From a phage: DNA of 64,000 bases. The stretch is taken from assembly GCA_012813795.1 (NCBI GenBank), contig GCA_012813795.1_4087.1, one strand, 5' to 3'. Below are positions 9,234 to 23,574 of the stretch, one piece after another; the first letter of the stretch is position 1; each line of letters begins with the position of its first letter. The position numbers and the translations under genes were made by a program. Under the pieces are notes generated by a model, which ran no database searches, was not told the origin of the DNA, and saw nothing but the letters and a program-made list of their open reading frames with translations.

Positions 9234-9676
9234 GCTTGTTTGATTAAGTTAATTTGACTTTGATTTACAACTTCTTTTTTAGCTGCCGCTTTTTCTACCT
9301 TATCCATCACATAAACTTGTGCATCTTTATCCAACATAAACTTACCATCAATCAAGTTACCAAATACTTTAGAATTTCGTGCTGGGTAAGGACCAATCTC
9401 ATCAATGGTTCGTACTTGTTTATCTACAATGGTCGCTTTAATGAATCCAGTTTCCAGTACTGTTGTCATTACTGTCATTTCAATTGCAACAGGTGAATCT
9501 TCCCAGTAAGCCACCCACTTGGTAAAGCCACGATCTTTATCAGATTTTGTCGCTTTTAATTTAATAGAAGCATTGAAAATGTACTGTTTGAAGTTTCCTT
9601 CAACCACTTCACTGATACTCAAGTACCCTTCACGTTGCTCGGTATTGCGTTTAAATTGGGTAGCTAATACTGTCAT
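9218..9676 (-). CDS. hypothetical protein
   Basis: 152-aa ORF. Confidence 0.55.
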   Translation of the reverse strand: MTVLATQFKRNTEQREGYLSISEVVEGNFKQYIFNASIKLKATKSDKDRGFTKWVAYWEDSPVAIEMTVMTTVLETGFIKATIVDKQVRTIDEIGPYPARNSKVFGNLIDGKFMLDKDAQVYVMDKVEKAAAKKEVVNQSQINLIKQAWGLK

Positions 9677-9740
9677 GGTTGGTTCCTCATTAGATTATAA
9701 ATTAGTGTTGTGTTTCATTGGTAGTATCTTATCACTTCAC

Positions 9741-10205
9741 CTATAGCCTGTCAAGAACATCTGTAGTTTTATTTTGTAGTGCTTTTAGGATCAAACGAAT
9801 ATAGTACGGTGGTAAAACGAATCTTTCCATTGAGTTATATGAAAGATACATATCACTAAGTTTTAGTTCAGAACTGCTGTTACCTGGTTCTATAAAATGG
9901 ATCACCCCAGGATTTTTCATCACAACTTTGTATCCATTAACATTGTTGATAGCATTTCGACAAACCAGTTCAATGTTTGCTAAATCACTAATACTATAGT
10001 TTAGATTATATGATGAATGATATGAAGACACAACTAAAAATTCTTTGGGTAACAAATATGTCCAAAATAATGATTTAAAAAAAGCAAGATTTCCCTCAAA
10101 CTTAGATATAGATTTACTATATGCAATATGTTCAACATCATCAATGATAGAAAAAATCAATTGATATACAATAACAAATAGACTAATACATATCAGTGCT
10201 GTCAT
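9741..10205 (-). CDS. hypothetical protein with N-terminal TM helix
   Basis: 154-aa ORF. Confidence 0.5.
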   Translation of the reverse strand: MTALICISLFVIVYQLIFSIIDDVEHIAYSKSISKFEGNLAFFKSLFWTYLLPKEFLVVSSYHSSYNLNYSISDLANIELVCRNAINNVNGYKVVMKNPGVIHFIEPGNSSSELKLSDMYLSYNSMERFVLPPYYIRLILKALQNKTTDVLDRL

Positions 10206-10528
10206 TCATCAAACCCTCGTATGTAATTAAAAACTTCTACGCATTCTAATGTTTTTTCATCATCATTCATGTCATAGCCTTGAAGGAAATCTTCACGATC
10301 AACTCTCTTTGCCATCAAGTCAGTTTCTGAAATCATGGAATTGTAAAATGAAAACATATCCTTATAGTACTGCTTATTGTGTTGTTCATCCTTTACCTTA
10401 GCATAACCAGCACAATATGATGGGGATTTAACATCCTTCCATCGCACTTTATCAGCATAAACTGGATTGATGAAGCACGTAGTTAAGAATAGTACTGCTA
10501 CTATAGCCATGAAGCTCTTTAGCATCAT
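10202..10528 (-). CDS. hypothetical secreted protein
   Basis: Signal peptide (MMLKSFMAIVAVLFLTTCFINPVYA). Confidence 0.5.
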   Translation of the reverse strand: MMLKSFMAIVAVLFLTTCFINPVYADKVRWKDVKSPSYCAGYAKVKDEQHNKQYYKDMFSFYNSMISETDLMAKRVDREDFLQGYDMNDDEKTLECVEVFNYIRGFDE

Positions 10529-10767
10529 TATACCTCTTCGACAATAATATAGATTTCAACATCTTCACTGGAACTAAGATTTACTCTGTACTCAATATCA
10601 AGGATCTCGTACTGGGTATCATATGTATTTGTGATTGTCAGTACTGAACCAATAGATGGAAGTACTGGGAAATTCAATACATGTTGTACTGAACTAAATG
10701 AAAACTCTTTCTCACCGTTATATTGATTAGTAGTGTATTCATTTACTTCAATGTTACATTTAATCAT
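10528..10767 (-). CDS. hypothetical protein
   Basis: 79-aa ORF. Confidence 0.45.
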   Translation of the reverse strand: MIKCNIEVNEYTTNQYNGEKEFSFSSVQHVLNFPVLPSIGSVLTITNTYDTQYEILDIEYRVNLSSSEDVEIYIIVEEV

Positions 10768-11429
10768 AGTGGTAGCTCCTGTAGTGGTTTAAGAATACTC
10801 ATAACTGGATGGTTCTCAATTAATGGACGACCTGGTACACCTGTTAATACTACTGGAATAGAACTAATGTCTTTTACGTAATTGAATCCCTCAAACGTAA
10901 ATTCTTGTTTTTTCTCATTATACAAGACCCACAGAATAACATCAGCTTTTTTCTGAATGTTTTTCAATTGTCTAGTACTGACACATGGACCAAAGTCTTT
11001 CCATGATTTATACTTAATACCTTTTACTTCTATACGCAACCCATTTACTTTAATGTCACATTCACCATCACGTCCATCACATTGGAATGCTGGATCAATG
11101 TTTAACTTAATACCAGTACTGGCTTCAATTTCAGAGAACAATACAAACGATGCGTGTTCACAAACCATTCCAACAAAATGACTATGAGCGTGATTAAACC
11201 CATAAGGTGATTTGTTTTCAGGTGCAAGAACTTGATATCGCTCAGACTTTTCGATTGCCTTCGCCATGAAAGAATCTGCTTCATCAGAGTATAGTTTCAC
11301 AGTCATCTTGCCATTTTTAACAATTAAACGATTTTCTAATACATTCATAAAATACTCCTTTTCACTATTAATGTACATTATACTCAAAAATACAGGTCTG
11401 TCAAGGCCGATTTTCACCCTCATTATCAT
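10764..11429 (-). CDS. hypothetical protein
   Basis: 221-aa ORF. Confidence 0.55.
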   Translation of the reverse strand: MIMRVKIGLDRPVFLSIMYINSEKEYFMNVLENRLIVKNGKMTVKLYSDEADSFMAKAIEKSERYQVLAPENKSPYGFNHAHSHFVGMVCEHASFVLFSEIEASTGIKLNIDPAFQCDGRDGECDIKVNGLRIEVKGIKYKSWKDFGPCVSTRQLKNIQKKADVILWVLYNEKKQEFTFEGFNYVKDISSIPVVLTGVPGRPLIENHPVMSILKPLQELPL

Positions 11430-11434
11430 AAATA
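11427..11434 (+). promoter_or_regulatory. possible T4-late-like promoter element (CATAAATA)
   Basis: 7/8 match to TATAAATA, 36 nt upstream of the plus-strand ATG. Confidence 0.3.
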
Positions 11435-11469
11435 TTTTATAAGCATTTCAACAATGAGGGGTTTGTTTT

Positions 11470-12627
11470 ATGTCTAGAACCATAGCTGATACCGGTGAAT
11501 ACAAGTTCGGTGAATGTGGTTATATCGTGGATGGTGCTTTACTAATCGATGGAACCAAATTAAAAAATATAAGAATTTACAGGCAGCGTAGTTATAAACT
11601 ATTTGATATTATAGATCCTGTAACAAACAAAATATATAGACGCGTACAAATTACTTCTTATGATAAGGTAGGAAATTTACTTAACTATAAAAAATCCGAT
11701 GATGAATTATTGGATGTTATTGCAAAGAATACTTTCTTTGTTCGTGGATACACTAATCATTTGAAACCTACAGATCCAACAGGGTTTGTAACTAAATTCC
11801 AATTACACAAAACGATATTTGGAAACTCCGATGTTACTTTTGATATGTACACACCAACTTGTTCAATTATTGATCGTGATATAGATAATATTTTAGTTAA
11901 TCCAGTTCATGTTGGGGATACTGAAATATCGGGTAAACTGTTCAATGCTGGACAAACCATCAACACAACAGGAATGACAATTACTGTAAAATTTTCAGAT
12001 GGGTCCGAGTATTCAACGAGTACAATAGTCAATGATGAATTCATTATAACAGTACCGGAAATTATGTCAACCGGAACTGCAACTATAACTCTTACGTCTG
12101 ATTTTTATAATACAAAAAGCGTTGATTTTAATATATTAGATGTTGGTGAGGATGACGGCTTAACCACTACTGTATCAGTAACTACATTCAGTACTGGGCC
12201 TGGTGATGTGTATAGTGCAAGAATCCCTGCTGATGTACATGGGCGTGGTAATAACTTAGCTATTCAGGTATATGATAATCATAATAATTTGGTATCTGCT
12301 GGCATTAATGTTAGCTCTACTGGTGATATTACAGTAACAATATATGATAATACACCTATAAAACTAAGTATATTGGGTAGTACATTACAAACATCTCCAT
12401 ATGTACAAAATGTCTCTTCTTCTGAATGGACACGCAATGGTGAAATGTATGAAATTAATATATCCAGTACTGGACACTTAAAAGAATTTGTTTTTGTTCA
12501 AGTATATGATAATAACAATGATGCAGTTCAATGTGAAATTCAGCTTGATGATGATGAGAATGTTACAATTACTTCTGTCGAAGCATTTGATGCAAAGATT
12601 GTAGTGTTTGGTTATAACAAACAATAA
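11470..12627 (+). CDS. Ig-like (Big-type) repeat protein, possibly virion-associated
   Basis: Only long plus-strand ORF; internal repeats of ~90-aa beta-rich modules (…IQVYDNHNNLVSAG… / …VQVYDNNNDAVQCE…). Confidence 0.6.
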   Translation: MSRTIADTGEYKFGECGYIVDGALLIDGTKLKNIRIYRQRSYKLFDIIDPVTNKIYRRVQITSYDKVGNLLNYKKSDDELLDVIAKNTFFVRGYTNHLKPTDPTGFVTKFQLHKTIFGNSDVTFDMYTPTCSIIDRDIDNILVNPVHVGDTEISGKLFNAGQTINTTGMTITVKFSDGSEYSTSTIVNDEFIITVPEIMSTGTATITLTSDFYNTKSVDFNILDVGEDDGLTTTVSVTTFSTGPGDVYSARIPADVHGRGNNLAIQVYDNHNNLVSAGINVSSTGDITVTIYDNTPIKLSILGSTLQTSPYVQNVSSSEWTRNGEMYEINISSTGHLKEFVFVQVYDNNNDAVQCEIQLDDDENVTITSVEAFDAKIVVFGYNKQ

Positions 12628-12656
12628 AAAAAAGCCTCCATATGGAGGCTTTTTCG
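12626..12656. terminator. bidirectional intrinsic terminator
   Basis: aaaaaaaa-gcctccatatggaggc-ttttt between convergent genes. Confidence 0.7.
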
Positions 12657-12662
12657 TTCTCA

Positions 12663-13586
12663 TTACATAAAGTAATTGCGAATCACATATTCTAATGTTT
12701 TATCTTGGTGCTGCACTGCAACGGAATAAATTAGATTTTTAAATCCATCAATAGCAGCTTTCGATTCTTCTTCACCAAAATTCTTACTGATACTTTCGAA
12801 CATATCTTGTGCACGTTCAGAACTAACAACACTGTCAACGAATGCTGAAATTTCAGCACGCAACTGACGATCAAGCATATCACCAATCAGAATATCATCT
12901 GACTGTGAATCATCGTCGGTTTGTGCTGTGGTATCAGAATATCCAAAGATATCTTCAGATAGACCAAATTTCTTTTTAGCACCAGTAAATGCGGATTTCA
13001 CTTTAGATTTTACATCTTCTTTTTTGGAAGGTTGTTCTTGGGATTCAGGTTCTTCAGTTTCATATTCTTTTGTGAACATATGAGACAGCACTTGGTCAAG
13101 ATTATTAATCATACCATTTAACTTAGATTCTGCTGCGGCCCCCACGACTTTAAATGCTTCTTCATAAAGCTTATCTTCAGCCTTAGATTTTGCAGTACTA
13201 ACAGTTTCAGTGATTTTATCAGTACAATTTTTAAGAAGTTCAACAATTTCAGAAGATTTGCCATTTAGGATCTTATTGACCAACATATCCAACCCATCAG
13301 TTGGTTTGGATTTGTTTACTGGTTCACCATTTAATACCATTGCTAGTTCTTTTAGTGCAGCGTTAGATTCAAGACTAGAATCGAATTCTACCGATAACGT
13401 TGCCCCATTTGTCAACTCAATGACGAGATTATTGATAGACACATAAGAATGAGAATAAAGATCTTTATTGAATGATACAGTTTTGAATACGATAATGTTT
13501 GACATTTGAACTCCATTAATTCCCAGACGCGGGAAAGTTTTTAAACATATAGTGACATTGTACCAGATTTTCGAAAGTAAGTCCAA
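12663..13586 (-). CDS. hypothetical acidic protein (start probably at internal Met)
   Basis: 307-aa ORF; first ~27 codons overlap 13516..13905. Confidence 0.5.
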   Translation of the reverse strand: MDLLSKIWYNVTICLKTFPRLGINGVQMSNIIVFKTVSFNKDLYSHSYVSINNLVIELTNGATLSVEFDSSLESNAALKELAMVLNGEPVNKSKPTDGLDMLVNKILNGKSSEIVELLKNCTDKITETVSTAKSKAEDKLYEEAFKVVGAAAESKLNGMINNLDQVLSHMFTKEYETEEPESQEQPSKKEDVKSKVKSAFTGAKKKFGLSEDIFGYSDTTAQTDDDSQSDDILIGDMLDRQLRAEISAFVDSVVSSERAQDMFESISKNFGEEESKAAIDGFKNLIYSVAVQHQDKTLEYVIRNYFM

Positions 13587-13905
13587 AATCTAGAGTAACC
13601 ATCAGAGTTTGATATAAGTAATGACCAATCTCATTAGTTTCCGCATCTTTAAGATAGATTCCGAATTCAGTACAGCAAAATTGAACAACTTCATTATAAT
13701 CGATAAATTGTGATATTACAAGTACTTGGTCATATGAATTTGCATCAAAGCGAACCATGAACATTTCATTTGTTACAGGGTGGATAATAATACCACCCCT
13801 TGATATGACCTTTTCGTAATTATCACTCAAAAAATTAATTGTTGAGCTTAAATCCATATTATGCCTCGTTATAGAGTTTTCGTCCCGTGAGATGCTCATC
13901 TGCAC
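13516..13905 (-). CDS. divergent EE-x-FQ family member
   Basis: C-terminal HYLYQTLMVTLDFGLTFENLVQ resembles FFQYCLVNNTLGLTFEDISAIL of 18689..19114. Confidence 0.5.
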   Translation of the reverse strand: MQMSISRDENSITRHNMDLSSTINFLSDNYEKVISRGGIIIHPVTNEMFMVRFDANSYDQVLVISQFIDYNEVVQFCCTEFGIYLKDAETNEIGHYLYQTLMVTLDFGLTFENLVQCHYMFKNFPASGN

Positions 13906-14071
13906 AGAACTTCATTAAAAATGCTTTTTGTGAAAATCTCTGAAGCATTGAAACAGTTTCTTTTTTCATGTAAGCAATCTTATTGTCTACATCTAGCATT
14001 ATATCATGCTTTACGTTTAATTCCTGAATTGTTTTGTAAATTTCAAAATTTCGTTCTTTCATAGCCACCAA
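13859..14071 (-). CDS. hypothetical protein
   Basis: 70-aa ORF. Confidence 0.45.
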   Translation of the reverse strand: MVAMKERNFEIYKTIQELNVKHDIMLDVDNKIAYMKKETVSMLQRFSQKAFLMKFCADEHLTGRKLYNEA

Positions 14072-14372
14072 GATCCTCTAGTTCCCAAACAAGTTCTTTT
14101 GCTTCATCAATGTTATGGATGATTTGATAATGTCCAGAACTTGATGTTAGACGACTACCGTTTTGAGTAATGCAATAACCCCATGTTTTTGACTCATTAT
14201 GCATATCTCTCTGAAGTTTATATGGAGATTGTGGTTTCTTTTCTGCTATGTTTTCAGTATATAGGTCTTTTTCAATTTCCATACCACGAATGTGTGCATT
14301 CTTTTCAATACAACGGCAGATGATTATAGTAGCACAACATATTACAGTGATAATTATAGCATACATTTTCAA
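14043..14372 (-). CDS. hypothetical protein, N-terminal TM
   Basis: 109-aa ORF. Confidence 0.5.
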   Translation of the reverse strand: MKMYAIIITVICCATIIICRCIEKNAHIRGMEIEKDLYTENIAEKKPQSPYKLQRDMHNESKTWGYCITQNGSRLTSSSGHYQIIHNIDEAKELVWELEDLGGYERTKF

Positions 14373-14797
14373 TAACCTCTACTCTTACTAGTATGTTCAT
14401 TTATTGCATCTACCAGGTCATAACCCTGATAGTTAATACCATCAATTATAACTTTGTACTTATTACGTACCTTTGTGCCATCAGTTTTGGTCCAAATTGT
14501 GTTGTCTGGTGTAATAGATACAGTGTGATTTAAAATGAAATCAAACATCTGTTCCTTTGATAGTACTGTGACATTTTCAGTAATCATATCTACATTGATA
14601 CATTCACGAGTATGCTCAACACCTTCAAAAATGGCAACACCTTCGGTTTCTTTCAGTTTCTGTGCTTGAGCTTTAGCCGTTCCCATATCATCGGCATGAA
14701 CTGTTTCTGTACTGTATTCTACATTTAGTACGTTACCAGTATCTACGTCTTTCCATGTGTCACGAAAATGAACTTTAATCTTTGCTGTATTAGACAC
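14369..14797 (-). CDS. hypothetical protein
   Basis: 142-aa ORF. Confidence 0.55.
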   Translation of the reverse strand: MSNTAKIKVHFRDTWKDVDTGNVLNVEYSTETVHADDMGTAKAQAQKLKETEGVAIFEGVEHTRECINVDMITENVTVLSKEQMFDFILNHTVSITPDNTIWTKTDGTKVRNKYKVIIDGINYQGYDLVDAINEHTSKSRGY

Positions 14798-15254
14798 GAC
14801 CGCTTACCTCATTTTCTTTCAATTTAGAACATACATAGAGAATAGCACCCAATTCGTCACGTGTCAAGTCCTGTAGGTCATATGCCACCTGCATCTGAAA
14901 GTAACTTTCATCACTAAGGTCAGTGAATTGGTCAACATTTTCTACATGCACAAAGAAGTTTTTGGGATCATCATTGTAATGTGAATTATAAGGTCTTATT
15001 GAAAACCCATGACTGTATATATCCAATACGAATTTAGCATTTAAATAGCCCTCTAAATCAAGAGATGCAAGAATCGAATTGGATCTTTCAAAAATGTCCA
15101 TGAAATTATTACGATAAGATCTTGCACAAATCAGTACATCACCGAGTTGGATATCAACTTTCTGTCCAGTCTTGGATTCAGCTAACCCAATGATGTACTC
15201 CATAAACCCAGGAAAATATTTCCTGGATTTAATATCTTTCAGTACTGGACGCAT
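14790..15254 (-). CDS. EE-x-FQ family paralog
   Basis: C-terminal SDESYFQMQVAYDLQDLTRDELGAIL. Confidence 0.6.
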   Translation of the reverse strand: MRPVLKDIKSRKYFPGFMEYIIGLAESKTGQKVDIQLGDVLICARSYRNNFMDIFERSNSILASLDLEGYLNAKFVLDIYSHGFSIRPYNSHYNDDPKNFFVHVENVDQFTDLSDESYFQMQVAYDLQDLTRDELGAILYVCSKLKENEVSGRV

Positions 15255-15769
15255 TACATGTACCTCGCAAAAGAATCAATCTCTTCTGCATCAATCTTAA
15301 TCATATCTTCTGTACTGCTTGTGAAGATGATATGTCCATCAGGTGTAAATTGCAACCTCTGATTGATTGAGTACTGCATATTACATGAATCATATTCACC
15401 CCAGTCAATGACATATGATGCCATTTTGTCATTTGCACCGAAGAACACAACATGAGTAACATCACGCTCTGACAGGCGATCTACCAATGAAGTTCCGTTG
15501 TAAAAATCAGCCTCCGTGTCTTTCTTAAAGACAATAGCAAACTTCTTCAGTACTGATTCAATTGACAAACCATTAGCATAACGATATGCACGTTGCGATT
15601 CATCACCAACATACATGTACAGAATGTCAGTGAACTTGAAGTTTTGAACTTCACAGTTTTCAAATACTAGTTGTACTTCTTCAATGTTACCAAATGCCAT
15701 TTTATATCTCCGTGTACTCATATGTAATTCGATTACATATAGAAACAATTTAAATGTCAACCCATTCAA
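15254..15769 (-). CDS. hypothetical protein
   Basis: 171-aa ORF inside the paralog array. Confidence 0.55.
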   Translation of the reverse strand: MNGLTFKLFLYVIELHMSTRRYKMAFGNIEEVQLVFENCEVQNFKFTDILYMYVGDESQRAYRYANGLSIESVLKKFAIVFKKDTEADFYNGTSLVDRLSERDVTHVVFFGANDKMASYVIDWGEYDSCNMQYSINQRLQFTPDGHIIFTSSTEDMIKIDAEEIDSFARYM

Positions 15770-15790
15770 ATCAGACAGTTATGTGGTCGT

Positions 15791-16258
15791 TCACACTGTA
15801 CCCTTATTTGGAATCATTGCACTTAATCTTATTAAATCACGAATTTCTTCATATGTCAAGTCATGGATATCATGTAGAGTTTGAATCTGGAAGTACTGTT
15901 CTTCGGTTAATGGATGATAATTAGCACCAACTTCAATGTGACAGATTTCTGTGCTCTCAATAACTGAACTTAAATCCAAATTAACAGCATTAAATGGTGT
16001 TAAATGTAATGTAACACCACCGGAATTCACAATTACAGTGTATGTACGTTCGGTTCCCCTGTACATGTGTAGCCTCAGTGAGTGAATTTTCTCAAATGAA
16101 GTTGCAGCCCCATGAAGTTTATATGCATATATCTCAATGCTATATGAAGCATTCCATTGTGATGGATGATAACGGCACATCTTTTTTACCATCATGTCAA
16201 TTGCAGCACCCACCATACGACCCAAGTACTCACGATTAACTACTTGATCAAATCGCAT
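15791..16258 (-). CDS. EE-x-FQ family paralog
   Basis: LTEEQYFQIQTLHDIHDLTYEEIRDLI. Confidence 0.6.
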   Translation of the reverse strand: MRFDQVVNREYLGRMVGAAIDMMVKKMCRYHPSQWNASYSIEIYAYKLHGAATSFEKIHSLRLHMYRGTERTYTVIVNSGGVTLHLTPFNAVNLDLSSVIESTEICHIEVGANYHPLTEEQYFQIQTLHDIHDLTYEEIRDLIRLSAMIPNKGTV

Positions 16259-16659
16259 CTGAAATCCTCAATAAATTTCTGTACTGAAACCATCAACTCA
16301 TAAGGAATTCGCATATCTTTCACAGTGCTATCCTGAAAGTACTCTTCTTCAGTAGTATACAACTTACTAGCTGCCATTTTAACATCTTCAAAATCATCAT
16401 GAAAGAATTCGTTCTCATTGACAATAACATTAATACGTGCGTCATTAACCAATGTACCAGGAACTAGGTGAATTCCAAATGATAGACCACTTTTAATATC
16501 CTGAATATGGATAGTCAGAACACCATTATTCAGATAGCACCAGTTTTCATCTCCGAAGTAAACGTTCAATCCTTCACCTGGATAACGAAACTCACCATGA
16601 TTATCAAGTGCATTGATGATCATTTCATTGTATTCTGTACTTAACTTATAATTTTTCAT
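16240..16659 (-). CDS. EE-x-FQ family paralog
   Basis: TTEEEYFQDSTVKDM... Confidence 0.6.
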   Translation of the reverse strand: MKNYKLSTEYNEMIINALDNHGEFRYPGEGLNVYFGDENWCYLNNGVLTIHIQDIKSGLSFGIHLVPGTLVNDARINVIVNENEFFHDDFEDVKMAASKLYTTEEEYFQDSTVKDMRIPYELMVSVQKFIEDFRCDLIK

Positions 16660-17129
16660 TCGTCCTCTTCCTCATATAGTTTGATACATTCAACGAAGTT
16701 TTTTGATAGTGCTTTATAAAAGTTATAATCAAAAACTAAATCATTGATTAAACTTTCCTGAAAGTATTCTTCTTCTGATTTATAATCTAACTTTAAATTA
16801 TCATCAGATGACAAAACTCGAACAAAGTGTGAGGCTCCATCTTCAGTACTAATATCGTAATAGATATTAATACTAATCACTATCTTGTTCTTGGTTCTTG
16901 GTTTCGTTAACTCAATTGTACAGTGCCATCCTTTGAGTTTGATTTCTTCAATGATAACATATTCATCCATGTATTCAAAGTAAATTAATGAACAGGAACG
17001 ATTAATATAAACACCCGGATAATGGTGTCTATCAAACATAAATTCTATCTTAGAGTTTTTAATAATTTCATCTGAAAGCATTTCAGTACTGATACCGTAC
17101 TGCATTAATACATCACGTATATTTGTCAT
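16656..17129 (-). CDS. EE-x-FQ family paralog
   Basis: SEEEYFQESLINDLVFD... Confidence 0.6.
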   Translation of the reverse strand: MTNIRDVLMQYGISTEMLSDEIIKNSKIEFMFDRHHYPGVYINRSCSLIYFEYMDEYVIIEEIKLKGWHCTIELTKPRTKNKIVISINIYYDISTEDGASHFVRVLSSDDNLKLDYKSEEEYFQESLINDLVFDYNFYKALSKNFVECIKLYEEEDE

Positions 17130-17590
17130 AACTTACCTACGACGTAACAGATTCTGCGTAAGTCAAAGAATGAAATTTTACTCAAATCATACACAAAGCA
17201 TAATTGCTCATACATTTCTTCTTGTAACTCATACATTACAGGATCAATATCGATGGCAATCATCTTGTCTATATCAATTTCAATATGATCTTTGAATAAA
17301 TCAATGGATATGTCATTAGTCGTAGTGATGTTATCAATGGTTATAAAAATGTTATCACAATTGTAAAACTCGGTTAAGTATCCATTATTGTATGCACCAA
17401 CAGTAATAATCCCATCCTTATGTGTCAATGTATGACGTTGTACAAATTCATTAAGTCTAACAAGATTGTACATATACTCAATAGCATCGGAAAAGATATC
17501 GTCTTCTACAACCAAATTCATGGTGTTCTCCTTAAAAAGAAAAAAGGCCGATTCAATTTGAATCAGCCTTAAGTATAACATTTGTGGCAT
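17126..17590 (-). CDS. divergent EE-x-FQ family paralog
   Basis: ELQEEMYEQLCFVYDLSKISFFDLRRI. Confidence 0.5.
   Translation of the reverse strand: MPQMLYLRLIQIESAFFLFKENTMNLVVEDDIFSDAIEYMYNLVRLNEFVQRHTLTHKDGIITVGAYNNGYLTEFYNCDNIFITIDNITTTNDISIDLFKDHIEIDIDKMIAIDIDPVMYELQEEMYEQLCFVYDLSKISFFDLRRICYVVGKL
17533..17571 (-). terminator. intrinsic terminator
   Basis: Hairpin aaggccgattcaa/ttgaatcagcctt followed on the minus strand by a T-run. Confidence 0.6.
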
Positions 17591-17850
17591 TGAAAGTCAA
17601 TACCAAAATCAAAAGTAATAACCTAGAGGGAGGGTAGTTATTACTCGTTTAGTGACATATATAATGATAAACAGGAGGTAAAAAACATTATACATGTTAT
17701 ATCTCTCCAGAACTACAATGATAGGTACTGGACCTGGAGAGAATGGAAAGACAAACCACTCACAGTACCATTTTACGACAAAATATGTGATAGCTTCTGA
17801 AAGAAAAAGGAGGATTCAGTACTGCTCCAGAAGCTATCGGTATAACATTT

Positions 17851-18129
17851 TCAGTACTGAATGTTTAGTTTAGGATGAGTATGTCCATCTTCGATTTGTT
17901 TTAGAATCGAGTCACGAATTTCTACTGCCCCTTGATAACTATATTTATCTCGTGGGATCACCCATGTATATTCACCATCAGTGGTTTTAAAATCAATACA
18001 CGGGTTATCTTTATATTCAGATGCAACCATTGCAATTACATGAATAGAATTCAAAGAATGATTAGAATACGGATAATTATCTTTGAACTTAAAGGTCTTG
18101 AGTTCTTCAGGAGCTACAATGAATTCCAT
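17851..18129 (-). CDS. hypothetical protein
   Basis: 92-aa ORF. Confidence 0.5.
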   Translation of the reverse strand: MEFIVAPEELKTFKFKDNYPYSNHSLNSIHVIAMVASEYKDNPCIDFKTTDGEYTWVIPRDKYSYQGAVEIRDSILKQIEDGHTHPKLNIQY

Positions 18130-18344
18130 TATTCATCCTCGTACTTCTTAAATGGTGGTACTGTTACATTGAAGTCTTTGCACATTTTAGTGGAACGAAC
18201 TTCAGTGTTGTTGTGGTAATTCTTCTTAAATTCATAAGAAACAAAATTACGAATACCTGGTGTATGAATAATTGCAAGAACAAAGGTACGACCAAAAAGA
18301 CATAACAAATTCCAGAACATATTAATCTCCAAATTAGTAGGCAT
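18129..18344 (-). CDS. small membrane protein
   Basis: 71-aa ORF, hydrophobic core. Confidence 0.4.
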   Translation of the reverse strand: MPTNLEINMFWNLLCLFGRTFVLAIIHTPGIRNFVSYEFKKNYHNNTEVRSTKMCKDFNVTVPPFKKYEDE

Positions 18345-18688
18345 TAATCAAACGTGATACATCTAGTATAGCGTTAATCTCTTCTAATGTCAAGTCACCA
18401 ATGTCATTTATCATTGAGTACTGAAACAGTGATTCTTCAGTGTAATTGCATTCTGGTACAGCGATAAGGATAGGCTGCTTGGATACGTCCAAAGTTATTT
18501 TAGCCATTGTGCTATATATATCAAATTGATATAATTGATTTTTGGAAGTATATGATATGTATATATTATTTGATTCAGATGGATGTACCAAGGTAAAACC
18601 ATCGTAACATAATAGTTTAATGTTCGGATCGTCAAAATTGCCTGTATAAAGGTTCTTTCGAACATCTTGTATTATACGTACTATTAGA

Positions 18689-18696
<8 letters not shown>
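18334..18696 (-). CDS. EE-x-FQ family paralog
   Basis: TEESLFQYSMINDIGDLTLEEINAIL. Confidence 0.6.
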
Positions 18697-19465
<769 letters not shown>

Positions 19466-19468
19466 ACA

Positions 19469-19601
<133 letters not shown>

Positions 19602-19602
19602 A

Positions 19603-19702
<100 letters not shown>

Positions 19703-19746
19703 ATAGGCACATACGGGTCTGCTTTTAAGCTACTGATTCGGGAATC

Positions 19747-19792
<46 letters not shown>

Positions 19793-19799
19793 CGTTCTT

Positions 19800-20018
<219 letters not shown>

Positions 20019-20027
20019 TAATACCCT

Positions 20028-20429
20028 TTAGTAGTTTAAGTCAGCGGCGTTGAACACACCGAGTGAAGTCTTACCACGTAGTTTAGGGGAAATGACATAT
20101 TTTGTCAATGTCTTTTTACCGTACCAGTACTCGAAATCTTTTTCTTCTACATACGGATTAGGGAAATCCCATTTGCGTTCTTTATGAATTTGCTTGGCCT
20201 GGACTTGAAGCTTTTCAACTTCATCTGGTGGTACAGTATCTACATTATTAAACTGCATGTACATACCTTTTAACCCATCAAGAATTAATTTTTCAGTTTC
20301 TTTAACTAATGTAATCTTTTCGATTCCAGTACTGATATTCATGTAGTCATCTACATAACCATTCCAGATAACAATCTCTGGATTACCTTCGATTCCCTGA
20401 AGCATCTTGATCAAGTCATTCTTTTTCAT
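20028..20429 (-). CDS. hypothetical protein
   Basis: 133-aa ORF. Confidence 0.55.
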   Translation of the reverse strand: MKKNDLIKMLQGIEGNPEIVIWNGYVDDYMNISTGIEKITLVKETEKLILDGLKGMYMQFNNVDTVPPDEVEKLQVQAKQIHKERKWDFPNPYVEEKDFEYWYGKKTLTKYVISPKLRGKTSLGVFNAADLNY

Positions 20430-20437
20430 TTGAATTC

Positions 20438-22078
<1,641 letters not shown>

Positions 22079-22263
22079 ATCACCAACTTTAATTAAAAAA
22101 ATGGATGGTGACGCTTTTAAACGCCGCTGTTAATTCAGCTTTATAACCACCCGTTTTAACTTGCCTTTCGGCTACCTTGACGTGGGGCGTACAGGCTACT
22201 AAAAGCAACTTCTGTAAACATATTTCCACGCCTTACCATTTTCATTATATCAGTACTTTTATC

Positions 22264-23385
<1,122 letters not shown>

Positions 23386-23386
23386 C

Positions 23387-23570
<184 letters not shown>

Positions 23571-23574
<4 letters not shown>

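Noticed and set aside
22098-22200. Possible minus-strand tRNA (TGGTGACGC... looked like a CCA end)
   Set aside because: No complementary acceptor 5' strand and no T-loop; could not be folded into a cloverleaf.
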